A stretch of DNA of 64,000 bases, taken from NCBI GenBank assembly GCA_963693365.1, contig CAVNZM010000007.1, positions 6,755,962-6,819,961 of the forward strand. Reading direction: 5' to 3'. The position numbers and the translations under genes were made by a program. Under the pieces are notes generated by a model. It was not told where the DNA came from. It did not search any database and saw only the letters and a program-made list of their open reading frames with translations. Shown piece after piece: positions 59,878-64,000 of this stretch (position 1 is the stretch's first letter; the number at the start of each line of letters is the position of its first letter). Source of the stretch: Amoebidium appalachense. Taxonomy: Eukaryota > Protista > Ichthyosporea.

Positions 59878-60701
59878 CTGTGGGTGTGTGTGGGTGTGCG
59901 TGCATGTGTGTGCGTGCGTGCGTGTGCACGGGGATGTGTATGCAGGGGGGGGGGGGGGGGGGGGGGAAGAGAAGTGAAGGTGTGAGGGGAAACGGTCTGA
60001 TATTTTGGGTGTGGGTGTGTGTTACTGAATAATCGAGGGAGAGGAGGAGGGGGGGGGGGGGGGGGGGGGGAGGGGGGGGGGGGGGGGGGGGAGGGGGGGG
60101 GGGTGGCACGTGTGTGTGTGCTTGCTTGTGTCTCTGTAAAGTAACGGGCAGGGCGAGTGGATGCGGAAAAGGAGGCTAGGAAGAGGGATAAACGGGGGGG
60201 GGGGGGGGGGGGGAAGAGGGGGAGGGACGGGGCATGGGGGGGGGGGGAGGGGGGGAGGGGGGGGGGGGATAGAAGGGTGTGGGGGGAGAGAGATGGGGAG
60301 AAGGGGGGAGCCGTAGGGTGAGAGAGGGGGTGGGAGAGAGAATAAATAAAAGTGAGAGGATGAGAGAGCAGTAGAGAGGAAAAGGCCGAGAGAGAGAGAT
60401 GGAGGGAAAGAAGGGCAGGAGGGAGCGAGGAGGGCAGGACGGGGCAACATGGCGGGAAGGGGGCGGGTGGGGTGGGGGGTGGGGGGGGGGGGGGGGGGGG
60501 GGGGGGCATTAAGTAAAAAGGATAAAGAGTGTGAGGGAGAGAGAAGAGAGAAGAGAAGAGAGGAAGAGAGAGGAAAAGCGCGAGAGGGGGGGGAGGGAGG
60601 GGGGGAGGGGGGTAAGAGGGAGAGGGAGACCGATTAAGTGAAAGGGGACAAGAATTAGAGGGAGACAGAAGAGCAGAGAAGAGAGGGACAGGGGAAGGGA
60701 G

Positions 60702-60734
<33 letters not shown>

Positions 60735-61150
60735 GGGTGAGAGAGCGAGAGATAAAAGGGAGACGGGGAAGGAGAGAAGGAGGAGAGGGGAGAAGAAGTG
60801 GAAGGGGAGAGGAGGGGAAAGGTGGGGGAGTAGAGGGCCAGAGGCGGGAGGGGACAGGAAAGGGGAGTAGTAGTGTAGGGGGTGGTGTTGGGGAAAGGCA
60901 GGGAGGGAGAGAAAAAGTGGAGAAATGCTCTGCAAGAGACAGGGGGGGGGGGGGGGGGGGGGGGAAAGAAACAGAGAGGGGGTGTGCCGGGGTGGGGGGG
61001 GGGGGGAGGAGAGGGGAGGGGGGGGGGGAGAGAATGCATCTTGAATCTACGCATATCTCTTTCCTCTTTGTTGGTGTGTGCGTGCCTAAATTTCCTCTTG
61101 TTTGTGTGTGTGTGTGGGGGGGGGGGGGGGGGGGGGGGGGGGGGGCGTGT

Positions 61151-61181
<31 letters not shown>

Positions 61182-61412
61182 GGGGGGGGGGGGAAGGGTC
61201 ATGCACAACAACTGAGCTTGAAACGTTCTCCTTGCAGGCAAGCACGAACTCATTTGCAAGAGGAAGGGGAAGGGTGGGAACGTGGGAGAGGCGGGGAGGG
61301 GAAGGGGAGGGGGGGGGGGGGGGGGGTATGCATTGAAGGGCAGAAACCATAGCCCTCCCACCCCCCCACCCCCCTACCCCCCCCCCCAAAAAAAAAACAA
61401 AAAAAAAACAAA

Positions 61413-61493
<81 letters not shown>

Positions 61494-63946
61494 CACACAC
61501 ACACACACGCACGCACGCACGCACGCACACGCACGAAAATATATAAAAACAAAAAACAAGATGCCAAATTCAAAGATGCAGGCAAAAGAAGAAGAGGTGG
61601 GCGGACGGGGGAGGGGAAGGGGGGGGGGGGGGGGGGGATGAGGAGGGGGAGGGGGAGGGGCAGGGGGAGGGGGAGAGGAGAGAGGGAGGGGAGGAATGGG
61701 AAAGGGGGGGGGGGGGGGGGGGGAGGGACACACGTGTTTGCCTGGGGGCCGCCTGTCTGTGCGATGGTGACGTGGATTCGGCCCTGCTTGTCCACCACCA
61801 GATAGCGCCACATACCACTAGGCGCCTTCATTTCACTTCGGATAATACCCCCCGCAAACCAAATTACGTCCAGAACGGGAAGCATAAAACCGATTTTTTC
61901 ATACACGACAACGCGAAGAACCCCCACTCGCTGCTTCTCAATTTCGTACATTCGCGAGTCGAAAACCGAACTCTGCAGCCTCTCCCACAGCTCTCGCCCC
62001 CGCTCCCTCCCCGTTGTAGCCAGCGTAAATTTCGAGAATTCGGGTTTTTTAATTGGCGCGTTGGGGCCTTTCGGTTGGATGTAACCCCCCCGTTGAAGCT
62101 GCAAAAGTGCCAATTCGTACGGGCCACCTTTAGCCTCCTTAGTGAGGCTCAGATTGCACCTTAATTGGGCCCAGGGACGTAGCGAACCTTTAACCCCTTG
62201 TAGACCCGCATCGTGCCCATACATCAGCGCCAAAAGGACGAGGGGGAGAGCCTGCGGTAAAATTTCAAGCGCTTGGATCCCCGCTGCCGAGGGGGGGTCC
62301 TTCGTCGTGCGGGGTTTCGGGGCCGGTGCCGTCGGTGGTGGTAGCGTCGATGAAAAATTGTCGTTGGTGGTGGTGGTGGTGGTGGTGGTGGGGGACTTCA
62401 AACGAGAGTGGTGGTTTCGTTGTGAAAAAAAAGGGGATCTCCCCCTATCTCTGTCCAGTGAATTCGCCCTGAAAAGGGATGGGCTTCCGCGCCGGTCGCT
62501 TGAATTCTGTCGCGCGAGGGGGTGGGGGTGTGGGTGGGCGTGAGGGTGGTGGGATGCGGAAAGGGAAACTGATTCCTTGCTCACCTGTCTGCTTGCCGAA
62601 CGACCACTAGCGATTCTTTCGCTACTCGGCGTGTGTTGGCGAGTGTAAAGAAGACGATCTCTCTCCCTCTCAATATCCATGTTTTCTCCCGTACGGGAAA
62701 CGTTTTCGTGGCTCATTCTTGTATAACGAACCCCGCCTGTTTCCGGATCCGTTTCCTTGCTCCGCCCAATCGAAGTTTCGTTTCTGGATGGGCGGCCTAG
62801 CGTGACGTCTGCCACTTTTCTGGACGATATGTCCAGAAGTATCTTTGGGTCTGTACCCGCTTGTAGGCAGTAGCTCTCTCTCGATGCCCACGCCACGTCG
62901 CACGGCGTTCCAAAAAGAAGAAGAAAGTCCCCCAAAACGTCTGTTGGTTTTCTCCGTTGCGCAACCATACCGGAGAGGACTTCCAATGCGCGAACAAGCC
63001 CCTCGTGTAGGTGTCTTACTCCCTTGCGCGTGACGGAATCCTCGCCAAGAAATCGCGCAAATTCATCTACGCAGTTTTCTGGACGGTCAAACGTCCAGGG
63101 AATATACGCCTTGCTCCACGTTCCTTCCGTTTGGTACGTTGCTTGTGCGGCGTCTCTATACCTCTTGTATATCGCTTGTACGATGACTGAAACGGCGGGA
63201 GAGGGTGCCTGGGCGCGCACGACGCGAAGACACGCCAAGATGTGCGGGTTTGGGTCAAATTCGAGGCAAGAACCCCTCACCAAATTTTCAAAATCCAGGC
63301 GTAAATCGCTCACGTCGAAACGTTCAAACGTCTTTTCGTCGCCGCCCAACCAGTGTTCATCGATCTCCGCCGACCGCCAACACAACTGCGGAAAGAAGAA
63401 CATCGCCTTCTCATTTGCCGAAATTTCGCCGCCTTCCCCAAACCCCACGTAGAGATTTGTCACGTCTTGTCGTCCGTCCAAAGCAGACATGTTTGGCCTC
63501 ACAAGGAGAAGAACGGAACGCATTTCGCTGGTGGGGTCAGTGTTGATATTCGGGCGTATATACACATGTTGAAGGTCTGTGTCGGGAACAAGCTGTATGT
63601 CCACCTTGTAAACATACACGTCAAGGGAGGGTATTGTTGTTGCTTGTTCTTGTTCCTTCGTGGCGGCGGTGGGATTTGAAGAAGAAGTAGAAGGGGGGTT
63701 CTTTACGCCGACTCTGAGACGATAGGCCAAGTTGTTCTCGTTTAGGTTAATGTGGTTGCAGACTTTGCGGATGTGTAAGAGGTGTCCCTGGTCGGCCTGG
63801 AAAAACCGGAGTTTTTGCTTGGAATTTCCGGGTTTGATGAAGTCTTGGATAGCCGAGCATGTTTCGCATTTGGCGTCTTCCGGGGTACATGGTGGGCAGC
63901 AGGGAATCACTTGGGCAGCAATGTCGGCTGCCGTCCATGCTTTGCC

Positions 63947-63948
<2 letters not shown>
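56575..63948 (-). CDS. 3' part of a large protein: unknown Cys-containing domain, MUS81-like winged helix, degenerate ERCC4-like segments, long Arg/Glu-rich tail; 5' end outside window
   Basis: Exon from cacag| at 63948 to about 61735 with LPLVLLALMY...VKGSLRPWAQLRCNLSL...LLQLQRGGYI...FTLATTGRERGREL. Exon from about 59655 to 57398 with DAVVSDTFVV...LAIYLTILMKKL and frameshifts in the GA-rich tail. Final phase-0 exon 56610-56575 EEGSSKRQRHE*. Junctions between 59655 and 61735 unresolved. Confidence 0.65.

Positions 63949-64000
<52 letters not shown>

Overview
Intron-rich eukaryotic genomic DNA, saturated with poly-G/poly-C, (CA)n/(GT)n and (GA)n tracts. Most of the ORF track is low-complexity noise. 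The gene set (HSBP1, a Ubl+AN1 ZFAND4-type gene) is compatible with a unicellular opisthokont, but that is inference. Spliced genes assembled by hand: HSBP1 (-); a ZFAND4/ANUBL1-like gene (-); a CBP/p300-type ZZ-finger protein (-); a divergent SPC24-like kinetochore gene (+) with E2F/CHR/MSA-like promoter motifs; and the 3' part of a large protein with a MUS81-like winged helix followed by two degenerate ERCC4-like (MUS81-like then EME1-like) segments (-). Two intronless paralogues encode an unknown secreted 8-Cys precursor-like protein, and there is a Glu/Arg-minisatellite gene with frameshifts. Mobile DNA: a 3.2-kb intron-containing Ginger-type transposon (TGT..ACA inverted repeats, HHCC + DD35E integrase) with a 47-bp palindromic array in one intron; a CR1/L2-like LINE 3' fragment; four clustered MITEs, three with 9-bp TSDs; a solo LTR inside one copy of a 1.1-kb tandem duplication; and two further MITEs. 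Several frameshifts and broken splice sites lie in homopolymers, so consensus errors are likely.
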